Assembly (NCBI GenBank): GCA_051362555.1
Contig: CM120640.1
Span: 57,452,788 to 57,516,787 of the forward strand
Length of the DNA: 64,000 bases
Origin: Lingula anatina
Taxonomy: Eukaryota; Animalia; Brachiopoda
Direction of reading: 5' to 3'
Under the pieces are notes generated by a model, which did not search any database, was not told where the DNA came from, and worked only from the letters and a program-made list of their open reading frames with translations. Below, piece after piece: positions 61,001-64,000 of this stretch; the stretch's first letter is position 1, and every line of letters starts with the position of its first letter. Both the position numbers and the translations under genes were made by a program.

Positions 61001-63042
61001 TCTTTTTTAATTCTGATATGTAAAATCTCAAAATTAAGAAGACAGAATTAAAGTCACATTTTAAAATTGTCTGTGTGTTCGTTTGCACAGCATTGATTTA
61101 TAATTTAAGGCAATTAATTTTTGCTGGTAGTGGTTGATAACTGGGTAAATTATTATATATTATCAAGTTATACACTTTCATTACGGCGAGGCATGCTGAA
61201 AGATAAAAGACAAAGGTAAAAAAAATATGAAAAAATTGAAACATAAATGCTTGTCATACATTTTCATTTAGCTATTATTTCGCTAGCTGTTGTCAGCCAT
61301 TTTGGATTTATCAAATGGCAACAACATTCAAAACAGAATCCAATGGAAATGTCTTCAACACCTACGCTGGCCATAGGAACAATAAGTCTTGTATCAATTT
61401 CCAAAAAAGTGTATATTTGATCTACCGTAATCGCTCATTGCGGAGAAGTGACAGCTTGCCAAGAGGTCAGTCCAGACGATATCAGGCAATCAGAAGAAAA
61501 AGAAGTATCAAAAGGTGATTGAGGCATGAAATTTCTATAACGTCCACATAAAAGATGTTTTATAATTCTCGCGTGTTACCAGCGGTAAGCTGTGATATAT
61601 TTACAGTTCAAACAGTTGAAATGAAATAAATATTATTAGATACATCGATGTTAATGTAAATGTAACGTGTTAAGTCCAATTACCGGCGAGCACAGCCAAC
61701 GGTGCTTTAAATTGACAATTATCAGCTGCTGACAGAAATACTTTCCTTTTGTTATGGTGGGTATGATAGAAAGCCAATAGATAAGGCACATACATGTATT
61801 CCCCATACCAGCACTTTATTCTGCAGCATCAAACAATAATCACCCTTGGATAGCACGCTCTTAAGTTGGGAAAATATATTGCTTCGTTAATGATATAGGT
61901 GTATCACTGGTCCTTTGGGTTTACATATTCATCTTACATCTAAAATATATCTTTACCATCTCATTTAGATGAATGTTTCCATCAAGGTATTTAATAAACG
62001 ATTTATTCACGGCAGAGTATGTCTGTTGCAAAAGGTATTTTGCGTGAAATTGTTTTTTCATGTTTGTGAATGACAAAAAGGAAAATAGTCTATGCATGGT
62101 TAAACATTGAAGGAAACAATTGCTGAACAGAGAAAAGACAGAAAGTAATTGACAAAATGGCTAATTTCACATTTTTTGGCCGATAAAGTCTAAAAAGCGC
62201 CTCTTAAGAAAAAAATCAAGATACCAATAATTACACAATGCAGCAGGAATAGTATTGATAGGTGGTAGAAATTCTTGAAACCGAAAATGACATTTTACCT
62301 GCGTCTGTCACGTAATCCAAGGGATTGTGCACAGGACTCGGTAAAATGTATCTATAAAGTATGCAAAATCATATTGTGTCGTAACATTGGTTAGATACTG
62401 ACCAAGGTATCCTGCCTTGACGACATCAATATGAACCAGTACTAATACTTGCTGTCAGTGGTTTAGTTTATACGTTAATTTGAATGTTTCCAACGATAAC
62501 GCTTGTTGTACAGAAAACAGCCATCTCATTTTCCGCGTGTTATCTCTGCAAAAACTCTAACTAACTCTAAAGTAGGCCTACGTAATATTGCTTTGACAAA
62601 GTAACTAATTTGAAGTTGACAAGCAGATAGTGATTGTAAGTATCTGCATGACAGTTTTATCTTCACTTAAACGCCTTGCACTGTCAAGCCATTTTAAAAG
62701 AGCTACAAATCGATTTACTATCAGGATAAAAACCTACACAGCGTTTAGTTTGTGGAGCGTTGCCTTGTCTCAAGAACTGAATATCAGAAAACGATTGGCA
62801 GTAGATTGATAGGACGCTCTCGAATTTGTTCAACGACATGTATTGTAATTTTTGCCCGAATAGCATTCTGCCGCATGCCTGACCTGATGTATGACTAAAT
62901 ATACTTTGGTGTATATACTTGTACTTCAGAAAAAATTACGTCATATGCAACATGCACCTCAGACGGGTGTCAATGCACAAAAATATGGGGGCAGCAAGGA
63001 ATCTGAAACTGGCATCATAAGTCGTCGTATCATCCATGGCAC

Positions 63043-63046
<4 letters not shown>

Positions 63047-63088
<42 letters not shown>
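63047..63088. repeat. (GA)n microsatellite
   Basis: Pure GA run; explains the ERERER in ORF 62891..63217. Confidence 0.95.
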
Positions 63089-63091
<3 letters not shown>

Positions 63092-64000
63092 CATGCGACA
63101 GCATTATCTCATAACATGACAAAGAAAATTGCCGCATTATTTAAGCGAAAGTGGAAAAATACCTTTAAACTTATCGACCCCTCAAGCTTGGGGGTGACTC
63201 GCGTTTACAGATCTTGACTCAGAGGCCAGTTACTTGCGTCCACCGAAGTTAATTAGTAGTTGATCGACCTGATGGCTTAATTGAATCTTTGGGTACTGTC
63301 TCTTATCTAAGATCCACTAAACTAATATTGCTGTTCTGCAGATTTCACGTGTTAAGACGGAAAGAATTTTTTTGAATGTCGGACACTTCACCTTAATTTC
63401 TCCTTTTCAAAATGTAAATTTTATTAACTAAGATCAATTGTGCGTTACAAGTGGGAACATTTTTTTCTGTCACACATGTACTGTTTTTTTTTTCACCTCA
63501 TACACGGGCTGTTGTGAAAACGAAAATTGAGTGATGAGGACTTTGGATAGAATAGAACATCAGTTTCGGGTAAAACTATCGCTTACTTTCTACCCAGCTT
63601 GCTTCCGAGTTTGTTCCAAAATTCAGACAAGAAAAGGTCTACATTTATGTTAATTTACCAAACATTTCATTTAGAAATGAGCACATGTTGGCTGGGGATG
63701 ACAGTATTTCCATCCCACTAACACATATTTGTCCTCCTTTCCTGACACTCGTCCTAATTCTTTAACAATCTCGGGATTAAAAAGTCAAATCCCGCAATCA
63801 CTTCGAGCATTGCTTTCCGGGTTGCGCGCGAATAAAGAACTGTGCCAAAATGAACATAAATGAAAATTACCAAACAAAAACCGAAAGACTTTCATATCGC
63901 TAAAGGTACATATGAACCAAGCATCGGTGGAGCGTGGATTCTCAGTAACACATATAAACCACTTATACTAGTTTCTTATATGACTCAAATAAAATCAACA

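Noticed and set aside
62891-63217. 108-aa ORF
   Set aside because: Kept open partly by the (GA)n microsatellite; no protein-like features or splice support.

Overview
AT-rich, intron-containing animal genomic DNA, probably from a non-arthropod marine invertebrate such as a mollusc; the taxon is inferred from repeat and gene style, not proven. Five spliced protein-coding genes were reconstructed by hand from GT-AG boundaries with consistent intron phases. (1) The 3' part of a class I cytokine receptor-like gene, receptor A (+, exons 826-3217). (2) A complete tandem paralogue, receptor B (+, 10 exons, 6868-13721, ~660 aa: signal peptide, Ig, one cytokine-homology module, TM, Box1-like segment, acidic tail). 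(3) An unknown ~217-aa protein (-, 21874-19279). (4) An ~85-aa microprotein (+, 27522-28173). (5) An ecdysis-triggering-hormone-receptor-like rhodopsin GPCR (-, 54876-31028, ~465 aa, one 22.4-kb intron). The rest is dominated by DNA-transposon relics (PIF/Harbinger MITEs, a fold-back Tc1 family, a pogo fragment), a LINE fragment, tandem repeats and tiny 7-bp-TSD palindromes that resemble P-element excision footprints. The most interesting system is the pair of 'short' cytokine receptors: both carry a DSG phosphodegron-like motif like vertebrate PRLR/GHR/EPOR, but their tyrosine motifs differ (YxxQ in A, two ITIM-like motifs in B).
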